From: Alphaproteobacteria bacterium | GTDB taxonomy: Bacteria; Pseudomonadota; Alphaproteobacteria; Methylaequorales; Methylaequoraceae | Length of the DNA stretch: 64,000 bases | Reading direction: 5' to 3' | Assembly: GCA_045563025.1 (NCBI GenBank) | Contig: JBJKUS010000008.1 | Coordinates: 282,464 to 346,463, forward strand | Part shown: positions 22,953-33,623 of the stretch, piece after piece | How positions within the stretch are numbered: position 1 is the first letter of the stretch | Layout of the letters: every line of letters starts with the position of its first letter | Notes under the pieces: model-generated | What the model was told of the DNA's origin: nothing | The model's database searches: none | The model's input: the letters and a program-made list of their open reading frames with translations, nothing else | Made by a program: the position numbers and the translations under genes

Positions 22953-24509
22953 ATGGTTGAAAAAAACTTAAAGCAATGGCCGTTTGTCGAGGCCAAAAAA
23001 TTATTGAAAAGATTTGAAAATTCACACAAAGATTTTTGTATATTTCAAACTGGCTATGGGCCTTCAGGCTTACCTCACATTGGAACATTTGGTGAAGTAT
23101 TCAGAACTACAATGGTGATGAAAGCTTTTAATCATCTTTCAGATATGCCAACAAAACTTTTTGTATTTTCAGATGATATGGATGGTTTGAGAAAAGTTCC
23201 ACAAAATATCCCAAATAAGGAGTTGATTGAACAGAATCTTGAAAAACCTCTTTCTTCTATTCCTGATCCTTTTGGAGAATTTCAAAGCTTCTCTGAATAT
23301 AATAATAATAAATTAATGGGATTTCTAAATAACTTTAATTTTAACTTTGATTTTAAATCTGCAACTAAATATTACAAATCTGGAAAGTTTAACTTGGGTC
23401 TAGAGGCTATTTTTGAAAATTATGAGAAGGTTTTAAATATTATCCTTCCAACGCTAGGTAAGGAAAGACGAGAAACATACTCACCTTTTTTACCGATATG
23501 TAAAACTACGGGTAAAGTATTACAAGTTAAAATTGAGGAATTAAATAAAAAAGAAAAAAAACTGATTTATCATAATCCTTACACTAATGGAAAAGAAGAA
23601 AGTTCAATATTTAATGGAGAGTGTAAACTTCAGTGGAAAGTTGATTGGGCAATGAGGTGGTATGTTCTTGGAGTAGATTATGAAATGAACGGTAAAGATC
23701 TTATAGAGTCATTTATATTATCTAACAAAATTATTAGAACTATAGGAGGAAAAGCTCCGGTTAATTTTACTTATGAACTTTTTTTAGATGAAAAAGGAGA
23801 AAAAATATCAAAGTCTATTGGAAATGGAATTTCTGTAGATGATTGGCTTCAATTTTCTTCAAAAAATAGTTTGGAACTTTTTATGTTTCAAAATCCCAAT
23901 AGAGCAAAAAGACTATTTTTTGATGTAATTCCAAAAACCACAGATGAGCTTTTAAAATTTAAAAACAATTATGAGAAATTATCTAAAGATGAGAAAATTG
24001 ACACTCCTATCTGGTTTATAGATAAAGAAAATGATCAAAAAATTCCAGAAAAAATAACATTTAATATGATCTTAAACCTCGCTAATGTGTGTAATGCTGA
24101 ATCAAGTGACATACTTTGGAGTTTTATTGAAAACTATTATCCAAAACTAAAGAAAGAAGAAAATCCGTTATTGATAAATATGCTTGAATATGGAGTACAG
24201 TATTATAATAGATTTGTGCTTCCAAATAAAAAATATAGACCGGCAAGTGATAAGGAAAAAGCGGGATTTAGTTTGCTCGTAGATGTTTTAAAAAATTGCT
24301 CTCCTAATGAAGAGCCAGAGAATATTCAAACAAAAATTTACGAAATAGGTATGTCTTTAAATTTTGAAAATTTGAAAGATTGGTTTTCAGCTTTTTATCA
24401 AGTTGTATTGGGTCAAGATCAAGGTCCTAGACTAGGATCCTTCATAAAATTTTATGGAATAAATCAAACAATCAAACTCTTAGAGAGCAAATTGAATGAT
24501 GAAAGATAA
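22953..24509 (+). CDS. lysS: Lysine--tRNA ligase, class I
   Basis: WPFVEA, GYGPSGLPHIGTFGE, KLQWKVDWAMRW, KISKS, QGPRLGSF. Confidence 0.96.
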   Translation: MVEKNLKQWPFVEAKKLLKRFENSHKDFCIFQTGYGPSGLPHIGTFGEVFRTTMVMKAFNHLSDMPTKLFVFSDDMDGLRKVPQNIPNKELIEQNLEKPLSSIPDPFGEFQSFSEYNNNKLMGFLNNFNFNFDFKSATKYYKSGKFNLGLEAIFENYEKVLNIILPTLGKERRETYSPFLPICKTTGKVLQVKIEELNKKEKKLIYHNPYTNGKEESSIFNGECKLQWKVDWAMRWYVLGVDYEMNGKDLIESFILSNKIIRTIGGKAPVNFTYELFLDEKGEKISKSIGNGISVDDWLQFSSKNSLELFMFQNPNRAKRLFFDVIPKTTDELLKFKNNYEKLSKDEKIDTPIWFIDKENDQKIPEKITFNMILNLANVCNAESSDILWSFIENYYPKLKKEENPLLINMLEYGVQYYNRFVLPNKKYRPASDKEKAGFSLLVDVLKNCSPNEEPENIQTKIYEIGMSLNFENLKDWFSAFYQVVLGQDQGPRLGSFIKFYGINQTIKLLESKLNDER

Positions 24510-24813
24510 AAAAAGATTTATTTATAGAGTTATGAAAAAAAAAGAATGGGACGATTTCAAAAAAAAAAAAAGGTTTTATGGAAATGCTTTTGATCTTGAA
24601 TCTGGATTCATTCATCTATCAACAAAGTCTCAAATTAAAGACACGATAAATAGATATTTTCAAGACCAGGAAAATATCGTTATTCTGCAAATATGTGAAA
24701 CAAAAATTAAAGAAAATATTAGATGGGAAATATCAACAAATAATCAGCTTTTTCCTCATCTTTATGGATTTCTTGAACTCTTTGATGTAAAAAAAGTAAG
24801 TAATGTATATTAA
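24496..24813 (+). CDS. DUF952-family protein
   Basis: DLESGFIHLST, LFPHLYG; usual position upstream of pyrD. Confidence 0.85.
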   Translation: MMKDKKRFIYRVMKKKEWDDFKKKKRFYGNAFDLESGFIHLSTKSQIKDTINRYFQDQENIVILQICETKIKENIRWEISTNNQLFPHLYGFLELFDVKKVSNVY

Positions 24814-24833
24814 AGAGTTGATGAGTTATAAGG

Positions 24834-25889
24834 TTGATGAGTTATAGAATTATCTCAAAATTAGTAGATTTTTTACCTCCAGAATTTCTGCATTTTCTTT
24901 TTTTAAACTCTTTAAAATTAAGATTTTTTAAAAAGAAAAAAAGGTTTGAAAATTTACAAACAAATGTTTGTGGAATGTCTTTAGATAATCCTGTGGGGTT
25001 GGCTGCTGGGTTTGACAAGAATGCAGAAGCAATTTCTGGAATCTTTGACTTAGGTTTTGGATTCGTTGAGCTTGGAACAGTTACACCAATGCCGCAGAAA
25101 GGAAATGCAAAGCCAAGAGTATTTAAAATACCTGAATTTGAAGCTGTTATTCAAAGATTAGGATTTAATAATTTAGGGATAGAAAATTTTGTAAGAAATC
25201 TAAAAAAATTTAAAAAAAAAAAAAATAATTTTATTGGAGTTAACATTGGAAAAAATAAGAATTCTTCCAATTCCTTTGAGGATTATGCTCTTCTTTACGG
25301 TATAGCAAAAGATTATGCTGATTACATAACTATTAATGTTTCGTCACCGAATACGCCAGGATTACGAGATTTACAAAAAAAAGAAAATATAAATGAATTG
25401 GTTAAAAATCTACCTTCAAAAAAAAAAAAACCTACATTTGTGAAGATTTCTCCAGACTTAGAGGAAAAAGAATTAGATGATATATGTGATATTGCACTAG
25501 AAAATAATAAAATTGACGGATTAATTGTTACCAATACGACCATTTCAAGACCTCTTTTAACAACGCGTCCCATTAAAAATTCTTGGAAAGTGGATGAGGC
25601 TGGGGGATTATCGGGTCCTCCTCTTAGAAAACTTAATAATAAAATTATAAAAAAAGTTTATTCCAGAACAAAAGGTAAATTAATTATAGTAGGTGTCGGG
25701 GGGATATCTTCAGGCAAAGATGTATTTGAAAAAATATCACTGGGTTGTAATTTAGTGCAACTATATACATCTTTAATATACCAAGGCCCGAATCTTGTTT
25801 TAGATATTTTATCAGAGTTAAGTTATCTCCTAGAAAAACACAAAATAGAAAATATTAATAATTTAATTGGAACTAACATAAAACTATGA
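24834..25889 (+). CDS. pyrD: Quinone-dependent dihydroorotate dehydrogenase
   Basis: NPVGLAAGFDKNAE, GTVTP, NVSSPNTPGLR, KISPDL, GGLSG. Confidence 0.96.
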   Translation: MMSYRIISKLVDFLPPEFLHFLFLNSLKLRFFKKKKRFENLQTNVCGMSLDNPVGLAAGFDKNAEAISGIFDLGFGFVELGTVTPMPQKGNAKPRVFKIPEFEAVIQRLGFNNLGIENFVRNLKKFKKKKNNFIGVNIGKNKNSSNSFEDYALLYGIAKDYADYITINVSSPNTPGLRDLQKKENINELVKNLPSKKKKPTFVKISPDLEEKELDDICDIALENNKIDGLIVTNTTISRPLLTTRPIKNSWKVDEAGGLSGPPLRKLNNKIIKKVYSRTKGKLIIVGVGGISSGKDVFEKISLGCNLVQLYTSLIYQGPNLVLDILSELSYLLEKHKIENINNLIGTNIKL

Positions 25890-26728
25890 AAGCTTATTAT
25901 CATCTTGAAAAGTTATCTGATATCTCGGATGATTACGACATATTTTTAATTGATCTGTGGGGAGTTATTCATAACGGAATAAGAATTTTTAAAAATGTTA
26001 AAAGCGTTCTTAAAAAACTAAAAGAAAAAAATAAATCAGTTTTCTTCATAACCAATGCTCCCAGGAGGTCTGATGTTATTCAACAACAATTAAATGATTT
26101 CGGAATAATGTCAGATTTATACAATAAAGTTATTTCTTCTGGAGAATTAAGTTGGTTATATATGAAAAAAAATTATAGAAATAAGAAATGTCTTATGATT
26201 GGACCACCTAGAGATAATCATCTTATTGAAGGTTTAGATCTAGATATAGTTGAGAAAGACTCGTTCGTTGATATAATCTTAAATACCGGACCTTGGGGCG
26301 ATCAGGACCGTCTAGAAAATTATACTGCTTTATTGCAGGATTTAGTTGCAATGAAACCAACAATGATTTGCTCTAACCCTGACAAAATAGTCGTACGAGG
26401 AGAAAAATTTATGATTTGCGCTGGTCTTCTTGCAGAATTTTATGAAAAAATTGGAGGCAAGGTAGAATATTTTGGTAAACCTTATGAAGAAATTTACAAA
26501 TATTGTTTTAAGTTCATAGATCAAAAAAATCCGAGAGTGCTAGTTATTGGTGATTCATTAGAAAATGATATAAAAGGTGCAAATAACTTAAAATTTGAAT
26601 CTGTATTAATTACAGATGGTATCCACAGGGAAGTAAATAATAATAACAATGTTGATAAACAAAAATTAGATGCTTTAATTAAAGCGAAAAATATATTTCC
26701 AAACTATTTTATGAAAGAACTTAACTAA
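25886..26728 (+). CDS. HAD-superfamily class IIA hydrolase (TIGR01459 type)
   Basis: [34 protein letters not shown]. Confidence 0.88.
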   Translation: MKAYYHLEKLSDISDDYDIFLIDLWGVIHNGIRIFKNVKSVLKKLKEKNKSVFFITNAPRRSDVIQQQLNDFGIMSDLYNKVISSGELSWLYMKKNYRNKKCLMIGPPRDNHLIEGLDLDIVEKDSFVDIILNTGPWGDQDRLENYTALLQDLVAMKPTMICSNPDKIVVRGEKFMICAGLLAEFYEKIGGKVEYFGKPYEEIYKYCFKFIDQKNPRVLVIGDSLENDIKGANNLKFESVLITDGIHREVNNNNNVDKQKLDALIKAKNIFPNYFMKELN

Positions 26729-26739
26729 AGGGTATTAAA

Positions 26740-28860
26740 TTGTCTGATAGAGAATACAAAGAGTGGTTAAATTTAGCCAATAAAGAATTAAAAGAGAGAG
26801 AAATTGATGATCTCAAATGGAAAACACCTGAGGGAATTGAGGTAAAACCTCTTTACACTGAAAACGATTTAAAAAATATTAAACATAAAATAGGATTACC
26901 TGGCCTTCCTCCTTACACAAGAGGACCAAGAGCCACAATGTATGCAAATAGACCTTGGACGATCAGGCAGTACGCAGGATTTTCAACGGCAGAAGAATCC
27001 AACAAGTTCTATAAAGAGGGTTTGAAAAATGGAGTAATGGGTTTGTCGGTAGCTTTTGATCTAGCTACTCACAGAGGATACGACTCTGATCACCCAAGAG
27101 TTGTTGCTGATGTTGGAAATGCTGGTGTCGCCATTGATTCAGTCGAAGATATGAATACATTATTCAATGGAATCCCTCTTGAGAAAATGAGTGTTTCAAT
27201 GACAATGAATGGAGCTGTCATCCCAGTTTTGGCGTGTTTTATAGCTTCTGGATTGAATCAAGGTTGCCCCCTTGAAAAACTTACAGGTACAATACAAAAT
27301 GATATTCTAAAAGAATTTATGGTGAGAAATACTTTTATATTTCCACCCAAACCAAGTATGCGAATTGTAGCTGATATAATAGAATATACCTCCAAAAATA
27401 TGCCTAAGTTCAATTCAATCTCTATAAGTGGATATCATATGCAGGAAGCAGGGGCTAATCAAGTTCAGGAGTTAGCTTATACCCTTGCTGACGGTAAAGA
27501 ATATATTAATGCTGCTCTTAGGAGAGGTTTGGATATTGATGAATTTGCTCCTAGATTATCATTCTTTTGGTCAATTGGAATGAACTTTTTTATGGAAATA
27601 GCAAAAATGCGTGCAGCAAGATATATGTGGAGCGAAATTGTTAGCCAATTTAACCCTAAAAATAAGAAAAGCTTGGCACTTAGAACTCACTGTCAAACCT
27701 CAGGAGTTTCTTTGGTAGAACAAGATGCTTATAATAATATTGTGAGAACAACTATTGAGGCAATGGCAGCTGTTATGGGAGGAACTCAGTCTCTTCATAC
27801 TAATAGTTTTGATGAAGCACTAGCTTTACCGACGCCTTTTTCAGCAAGAATTGCTAGAAACACTCAACTTATTCTTGCTGAAGAGACTGGTATAAATAAT
27901 GTAATAGATCCACTCGCAGGCTCTTATTATCTAGAAAGTTTAACTTCAGAAATGATAAGTGAAGCAAATAAGTTGATAGATGAAATTGATGAGGTGGGGG
28001 GAATGGTAAAAGCGATTGAGATGGGTATTCCGAAGATGAGGATAGAGGAAAGTTCAGCAAAAAAACAAGCTCGTGTGGATTCAGAGGAAGAAATTGTTGT
28101 AGGTGTAAATAAATACAAACCTACAGAAAAACAGGATATTAATATATTATCTATTGATAATGATGAAGTAAGAACAAGACAAGTTAGCAATTTAAAAAAA
28201 CTAAAAGGGTCTAGAGATAACAAAGTAGTAAATAAATATTTAGATAAGATAGAGACTTCAGCAAAAGACGATTCACAGAACCTTCTTGAAATCTGTATAG
28301 AGGCTGCAAAAAACAAATGTACGGTAGGAGAAATGACATCGGCTATGGAAAAGGTTTTTGGAAGACATACATTATCCACTAAAACAATTAGTGGTATTTA
28401 CAGTAAAACGATTAAAAAAAGCGAGAAAATTAGTTCAATCAATGATCATATAGAAAAGTTTATCGAGAAAAATGGACGTCGCCCTAGAATGCTTGTAGTG
28501 AAAATGGGTCAAGATGGTCATGATAGAGGGGCAAAGCTTATAGCAACAGCATTCTCAGATTTAGGGTTTGATGTTGATGTCGGACCTTTATTCCAAACAC
28601 CAAGTGAAGCTGCAACTCAGGCGATAGAGAACGATGTTCATATAATAGGTGTTTCATCACTTGCAGCGGGTCATAAAACTTTGGTGCCGATTTTAATGGA
28701 AGCGCTTAAAGAAAATGATGCAAATTATATAAAAGTTATTTGTGGAGGTGTAATTCCACCACAAGATTATGACTTTTTAAAAAAGCTTGGAGTAAGCAAA
28801 GTTTTTGGTCCTGGAACAAATATTCCGGAAGCGGCTATTGAAATTATAAATATGCTTTAG
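26740..28860 (+). CDS. scpA: Methylmalonyl-CoA mutase (AdoCbl-dependent)
   Basis: [57 protein letters not shown]12-binding motif; TTG start. Confidence 0.97.
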   Translation: MSDREYKEWLNLANKELKEREIDDLKWKTPEGIEVKPLYTENDLKNIKHKIGLPGLPPYTRGPRATMYANRPWTIRQYAGFSTAEESNKFYKEGLKNGVMGLSVAFDLATHRGYDSDHPRVVADVGNAGVAIDSVEDMNTLFNGIPLEKMSVSMTMNGAVIPVLACFIASGLNQGCPLEKLTGTIQNDILKEFMVRNTFIFPPKPSMRIVADIIEYTSKNMPKFNSISISGYHMQEAGANQVQELAYTLADGKEYINAALRRGLDIDEFAPRLSFFWSIGMNFFMEIAKMRAARYMWSEIVSQFNPKNKKSLALRTHCQTSGVSLVEQDAYNNIVRTTIEAMAAVMGGTQSLHTNSFDEALALPTPFSARIARNTQLILAEETGINNVIDPLAGSYYLESLTSEMISEANKLIDEIDEVGGMVKAIEMGIPKMRIEESSAKKQARVDSEEEIVVGVNKYKPTEKQDINILSIDNDEVRTRQVSNLKKLKGSRDNKVVNKYLDKIETSAKDDSQNLLEICIEAAKNKCTVGEMTSAMEKVFGRHTLSTKTISGIYSKTIKKSEKISSINDHIEKFIEKNGRRPRMLVVKMGQDGHDRGAKLIATAFSDLGFDVDVGPLFQTPSEAATQAIENDVHIIGVSSLAAGHKTLVPILMEALKENDANYIKVICGGVIPPQDYDFLKKLGVSKVFGPGTNIPEAAIEIINML

Positions 28861-28866
28861 TATATT
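28838..28866 (+). promoter_or_regulatory. Internal sigma70 promoter for HTH-meaB
   Basis: TTGAAA (28838-28843), 17 bp spacer, TATATT (28861-28866); the -35 box lies in the last codons of the mutase gene. Confidence 0.6.
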
Positions 28867-28886
28867 TAACCAGGTCGGTTAAATAT
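28862..28886. promoter_or_regulatory. Perfect inverted repeat, candidate operator
   Basis: ATATTTAACC-aggtc-GGTTAAATAT; fills the mutase-meaB spacer and overlaps the -10 box and the start codon. Confidence 0.7.
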
Positions 28887-30084
28887 GATCTTAAAAGAAT
28901 ACTTAAAATTTTGTGGTGTAACTAACAAAGATTTTGCAAAACGAATTGGAATTACTCCAGTATCTTTATCTCGTTATATAAGTGGAGAAAGATTACCTGA
29001 GAAAGAAATAATTCTAAAGATTTCCTCTCTAACTGATGGAGCAGTTAACCCAGATGACTTCTATTTCAAACCTAAAATAGATAATGATAACGAAAATATC
29101 AATTTAAACTCAATAAGTGAAATAGTAAAAAATATAAGAAACGGATCAAAAAAAGAACTTGCTAAAACTATAACACTTGTTGAATCAAAATTGAAAAAGC
29201 ATCAAGAATTGGTAAAAAAAATTTTTGAAAAGTTTAAAACCAACAATAAAACTATAAGAATTGGAGTAACGGGAGTTCCTGGAGTTGGAAAGTCAACTTT
29301 TATTGAATCTATAGGACTTAAATTAATTCAAAGGAACTTAAAAGTAGCTGTTCTTGCGATTGATCCATCATCAAAAGAAACAGGAGGTTCAATTTTAGGT
29401 GATAAAACTAGGATGGAAAAATTATCTGTTCATCCAAAAGCTTTTATACGACCATCTCCTAGTAGTGGTCACCTTGGAGGAGTTGCTAAGAAGACATATG
29501 AATCTATGTTATGTTTAGAAGAAGCAGGATATGATGTGATCTTTATTGAAACTATGGGCGTTGGACAAGCAGAAACTGCAGTACATGATATGGTAGATAT
29601 TTTTTTAGTACTTTTACTTCCATCAGGAGGAGATGAATTGCAAGGAATCAAAAAAGGTATTATAGAGCTTGCTGACCTGATAGTTGTTAATAAAGCAGAT
29701 AACGATCTTCAGAAAGCCGCTGAGATCACACAAAATGAGTATAAAACCGCACTTCATATTTCTGGAAAACCCAAAAATGGATTTGAGGTCGAAGTTTTAA
29801 TATGTTCATCTTTAAAGTCTAAAGGACTAGAAAAAATTTGGGATTATATTCAAGTTTTTATTAATAAAAAAAAAAAAAATCATACATTCTTTTCTAATAG
29901 ACAAAGTCAATTGAAAGAATGGATGTGGAATTCTATCCATCAAACTGTAAATGAAATGATAAATTCTGATTTGTCAAAAAATGAATTTATAAAAAAAATC
30001 CAATTAAAAGTAGATGATAAGAAATTGAGTGTTTTTAGGGCCACTCAGTTAATGTGTAATTTTCTACTAAAAAATAAATTTTAA
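28885..30084 (+). CDS. meaB: MeaB (ArgK/MMAA) mutase-associated GTPase with an N-terminal Cro/XRE-like HTH fusion
   Basis: aa 1-60 LKEYLK..GVTNKDFAKRIGITPVSLSRYISGERLP...TDGAVNPDDFY, then GVPGVGKST, DPSS, GGSILGDKTRM, ETMGVGQ, NKAD. Confidence 0.93.
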   Translation: MILKEYLKFCGVTNKDFAKRIGITPVSLSRYISGERLPEKEIILKISSLTDGAVNPDDFYFKPKIDNDNENINLNSISEIVKNIRNGSKKELAKTITLVESKLKKHQELVKKIFEKFKTNNKTIRIGVTGVPGVGKSTFIESIGLKLIQRNLKVAVLAIDPSSKETGGSILGDKTRMEKLSVHPKAFIRPSPSSGHLGGVAKKTYESMLCLEEAGYDVIFIETMGVGQAETAVHDMVDIFLVLLLPSGGDELQGIKKGIIELADLIVVNKADNDLQKAAEITQNEYKTALHISGKPKNGFEVEVLICSSLKSKGLEKIWDYIQVFINKKKKNHTFFSNRQSQLKEWMWNSIHQTVNEMINSDLSKNEFIKKIQLKVDDKKLSVFRATQLMCNFLLKNKF

Positions 30085-30124
30085 CTAAGTTGATTTTTTT
30101 TTAATTTTGATTTAAAAGACCATA

Positions 30125-30406
30125 ATGACCAAGAGATGTAACATAACTAATGTAAAACCAATGGTTGGAAACAATGTCAGCCATGCAGTTAATAAAACAA
30201 AAAGAAAATTTTTACCCAATCTTCACAACACATCCTTCTACTCTGAAATTTTGGGAAAAAAAATTAAAATGCAGGTAACTTCAAAAGGTATTAAGACTGT
30301 AGAAAAAAATGGCGGGATCGACAATTACATTCTAGGTCTTAAAAACTCTAAACTTAGTGTAGAAACACAAAAGTTAAAAAAAGCTATTTTAAAGGTTAAA
30401 GCTTAA
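30125..30406 (+). CDS. rpmB: 50S ribosomal protein L28
   Basis: GNNVSHAVNKTKRKFLPNL. Confidence 0.96.
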   Translation: MTKRCNITNVKPMVGNNVSHAVNKTKRKFLPNLHNTSFYSEILGKKIKMQVTSKGIKTVEKNGGIDNYILGLKNSKLSVETQKLKKAILKVKA

Positions 30407-32091
30407 CTTTTGCTATTTCCCAGAAGATTAGTAAGGTTACTGATAATAACATCACCAAGATTTTCTGCATCCTCAATTACAAATGCATTTTTGTAGTATT
30501 TTGATACATCATGTCCAATGCCTATAGCCATAAGTTTTATAGAGTTTGTTTTTTCAATATCATCTACGGTTTCTTTCAGGTGATTATCCAATATATCAGG
30601 TTGATTTGTAGATAAAGTTGAATCATCTACGGGTGCACCATCAGATATGACCATTAAAATTTTTTTTTTTTCTTTTCTTGTAATAAGCCTGTTATAAGCC
30701 CATTTTACAGCTTCTCCATCAATATTTTCTTTCAACAAACCGTCTTTGAGAATCAACCCAAGGTTATCTTTACAATTTTTCCAGAAAACATCGGCGTCTT
30801 TGTATATGATATGAAGAAGATCATTAAGTCTTCCCGGATTTTCAATTTTCCCAAATTTTTCCCATTTTTTCTTAGATTTTCCACCTTTCCATTCCCTTGT
30901 TGTAAAACCTAAGACCTCAACATTAACCTTGCACTTCTCTAGTACTTTTGTGATTATTTCAGTTGTAATAGCCGATGTAATTATTGGCTTTCCTCTCATA
31001 GAGCCTGAATTGTCTAGAAGTAAAGTAACAATGGTATTTTTTGAGTTATTTTCATTTTCAAATTTGAAAATTTGCGTATTTTTTGAATTAGCAACTAAAT
31101 TTGCAAGTCTTGATGAATCCAAATATCCTTCTTCTTGATCAAATTTCCATGAATTTATATTTAATGAACTAAACAATCTTTCTAATTTTTTTGCTAATTT
31201 ATTTATAAGTCTTTTGTTTTCAAGATATTCGTCATCAAATTTCTTTCTGAGTAATCTTAATTCATCTTTGGTTGCTAAATATTTAGCGTTTCTAGAGATA
31301 TCAAACTCTTTTGTATACGCTTTGTAGTGAGTTTTTGATATTTCTGTTATTTTTTTTGAAAGGCTAGGATTTAGATTATTATCAAAATCTTTTTTATTTT
31401 TTTTTCTCATTTCTTGAGAAAAAGGAATTTTCTTTTTTTCTTTTTTTTTTGATTCAACTTTGTCTGACTTTAATTGATCTTCATTATTTGAATTTTGAGT
31501 TTTATTTTCTGCAGCCTCATTTTTTATGTTTTTTAAAATTTTTTTTGCTTTTAATGAAAAAGTCTCCTGATCGTCTATAAGATCAAAGAGCTTTTTAATT
31601 TCGCTAAATTTAATCTGCGGAAAAATTTTTTTAAATTTAGCATAGTCAATTTTTTTTCTTTCGAGAAAGTTAATGATGCTTTTGAAAAAAAAATTTTTCT
31701 TTTTATCAATGTTAAAATCAAAAATAGATTCTGGATTTTTTAAACTTTGAGTAATATTAATTTTACAACCAACAAACTCCTCAAAACCAAATTTTAGACA
31801 CCTACAAGCATTTAATAATTCATAATATTGACTTTGTGTTTCATCGGATGGCAGATAAAACTCATAAATAGACCTGTCTTTATATCTTTCGTTGAGAGCT
31901 TTGAAATCATAAAAACCGCGGATTTTGTTAAACTCTATGCTATTTTCTAAAATTTGCTCATTTTCGCTTTTAGTAAAATCATCCGTTCTTATTGAGATTT
32001 TTTTTAACTTATTTTTTGATAGGGTACTTGCAACTATTTTTTGGTTACTGTAATCATTTTTTTCATTGCTTTTAGACAAGTTCTCTCCCAA
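30403..32091 (-). CDS. cobT: Cobaltochelatase subunit CobT (VWA domain)
   Basis: WKFDQEEG, LLLDNSGSMRGKPI, VLGFTT..WKGG, PGRLNDL, LLKENIDGEA, ISDGAPVDDST; N-terminal half strongly diverged. Confidence 0.9.
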   Translation of the reverse strand: MGENLSKSNEKNDYSNQKIVASTLSKNKLKKISIRTDDFTKSENEQILENSIEFNKIRGFYDFKALNERYKDRSIYEFYLPSDETQSQYYELLNACRCLKFGFEEFVGCKINITQSLKNPESIFDFNIDKKKNFFFKSIINFLERKKIDYAKFKKIFPQIKFSEIKKLFDLIDDQETFSLKAKKILKNIKNEAAENKTQNSNNEDQLKSDKVESKKKEKKKIPFSQEMRKKNKKDFDNNLNPSLSKKITEISKTHYKAYTKEFDISRNAKYLATKDELRLLRKKFDDEYLENKRLINKLAKKLERLFSSLNINSWKFDQEEGYLDSSRLANLVANSKNTQIFKFENENNSKNTIVTLLLDNSGSMRGKPIITSAITTEIITKVLEKCKVNVEVLGFTTREWKGGKSKKKWEKFGKIENPGRLNDLLHIIYKDADVFWKNCKDNLGLILKDGLLKENIDGEAVKWAYNRLITRKEKKKILMVISDGAPVDDSTLSTNQPDILDNHLKETVDDIEKTNSIKLMAIGIGHDVSKYYKNAFVIEDAENLGDVIISNLTNLLGNSKS

Positions 32092-33028
32092 AACACCTTT
32101 GATAAAATTCGTTTATAATTTTTTTATCATTTTCATCACATCTATTAAAAAAAGTAAGCTTAAATGCTGTATCGATATCATTAAATATATCTACATTTTG
32201 AGCCCAAATTATTGATGTTCGTGGAGACATAATTATTGATAGATCTGACATTTTAAATGCATTTCTAATTAGATTTGCTAACTTAACAATGGATTTGATT
32301 TCATCTTTTTTTTTCTTCGAAACTTTTTTGAACTTATTTTCTATAATCTTTTCTTCTGTCTCAGGTTCTAAAAAATTTAGTGTTGTAAAAACATTCCATC
32401 TATCAAGTTGACCTTGATTTAAGTTTTGTGTTCCATAGTATAGACCTGATTCATCTCCGGATCCAAGTGTATTACAAGTACCAAAAATTCTGAAGTAAGG
32501 ATTAGGTTTTAAAACTCTATTTTGGTCTAACAGAGTCAATTTGCCATCAGATTCTAAAAGTCTTTGTATTACAAACATTACGTCGGGTCTACCAGCATCG
32601 TACTCATCAAAAACAAGTGCTACAGGATTTTCTATAGACCAGGGAAGAAGTCCTTGTTTAAAAGTAGTTACTTGTTTTTGGTCTTTAATTATTATCGCGT
32701 CTTTACCCAATAAGTCAAATCTACTAATATGGCCATCAAGATTAATTCTAACACAGGGCCAATTTAATCTTGCCGCAATTTGTTCGATATGTGAGGATTT
32801 TCCTGTTCCATGTAGTCCTTGCACAAGTACTCTTTTGTTATATTTAAAACCCATTACTATGGATGTTGTCGTAACTTCATCAAAAACATACCCATGGTCT
32901 ATTTCTGGAACAAGTTCAGTTTTTTGAGAAAAATGAGGTACAGCTATCTTTTTTTTTATACCAAAAACTTCATCAGTATAAGAGATCGCGTCTAATTTTT
33001 TTAAATTATTGCTATCTTTATGTATCAT
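32072..33028 (-). CDS. cobS: Cobaltochelatase subunit CobS (AAA+)
   Basis: GLHGTGKSSHIEQIAARLNWPCVRINLD, FDEYDAGRPDVMFVIQR, MSPRT. Confidence 0.93.
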   Translation of the reverse strand: MIHKDSNNLKKLDAISYTDEVFGIKKKIAVPHFSQKTELVPEIDHGYVFDEVTTTSIVMGFKYNKRVLVQGLHGTGKSSHIEQIAARLNWPCVRINLDGHISRFDLLGKDAIIIKDQKQVTTFKQGLLPWSIENPVALVFDEYDAGRPDVMFVIQRLLESDGKLTLLDQNRVLKPNPYFRIFGTCNTLGSGDESGLYYGTQNLNQGQLDRWNVFTTLNFLEPETEEKIIENKFKKVSKKKKDEIKSIVKLANLIRNAFKMSDLSIIMSPRTSIIWAQNVDIFNDIDTAFKLTFFNRCDENDKKIINEFYQRCFGRELV

Positions 33029-33031
33029 ATT

Positions 33032-33601
33032 TTAATTTTTTAAAAATTTAAGAAGTATATTATAAGCTTTGTTAATTTGTTTAATTTTTTTTTCTTTGTT
33101 TAAGTAATTTTTATTTAGATCTGGGTGATATTTTTTTACTAGTTCTTTGTATTTTTTTTTTAATATTTTTTCATCGAAATCATTATTTAATTTAAAAATT
33201 TCGATTGAATTCTGAATTTCGCTTGTGAGAGTAACATTTTTTTTAAAACTTTTACTAGATCTATTTTTTGTAAATTTGATTTTTTCTTTGTTAATAGAGT
33301 ATTCGAATTCAAATTTTATTTTTGAGCTAATGCCTTTTGAGAATGGGCGAGTCGGTCGGCCCAAAAAAAAATCATTTTTTTGGTATTCGTATATCTGATT
33401 CTGAGACTTGCCAGCAAAAAAATTCCATCTTTTATTATATTGTTTAACGTGAAATAAACAAAAGTGGTACTTCTCATCTGAGTTTGGTGATTTTGGTGCG
33501 CTATAAATGCCTGGATTATTACACTCAACTTCATCACATAACTTTTCATTACCCGAACCAATGATTTTATCAATAATATACTCAATTGACTTTTTTTTCA
33601 T
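33032..33601 (-). CDS. J-domain protein (cobS-associated)
   Basis: C-terminal YKELVKKYHPD; N-terminal C..C...APKSP...FCLFHVKQYN..WNFF. Confidence 0.88.
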   Translation of the reverse strand: MKKKSIEYIIDKIIGSGNEKLCDEVECNNPGIYSAPKSPNSDEKYHFCLFHVKQYNKRWNFFAGKSQNQIYEYQKNDFFLGRPTRPFSKGISSKIKFEFEYSINKEKIKFTKNRSSKSFKKNVTLTSEIQNSIEIFKLNNDFDEKILKKKYKELVKKYHPDLNKNYLNKEKKIKQINKAYNILLKFLKN

Positions 33602-33623
33602 AATATACTTTATTACTTTATAT

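Noticed and set aside
22953-24509. Class I (archaeal-type) LysRS as a horizontal transfer
   Set aside because: Class I LysRS is common and vertically inherited in alphaproteobacteria
26600-26740. Cobalamin riboswitch upstream of the mutase
   Set aside because: Only 11 bp of intergenic space and no B12-box-like sequence
26718-26773. TTAAC and GGTTAA fragments around the mutase start as a second HTH-MeaB operator
   Set aside because: Spacing and symmetry do not match the 10-5-10 palindrome
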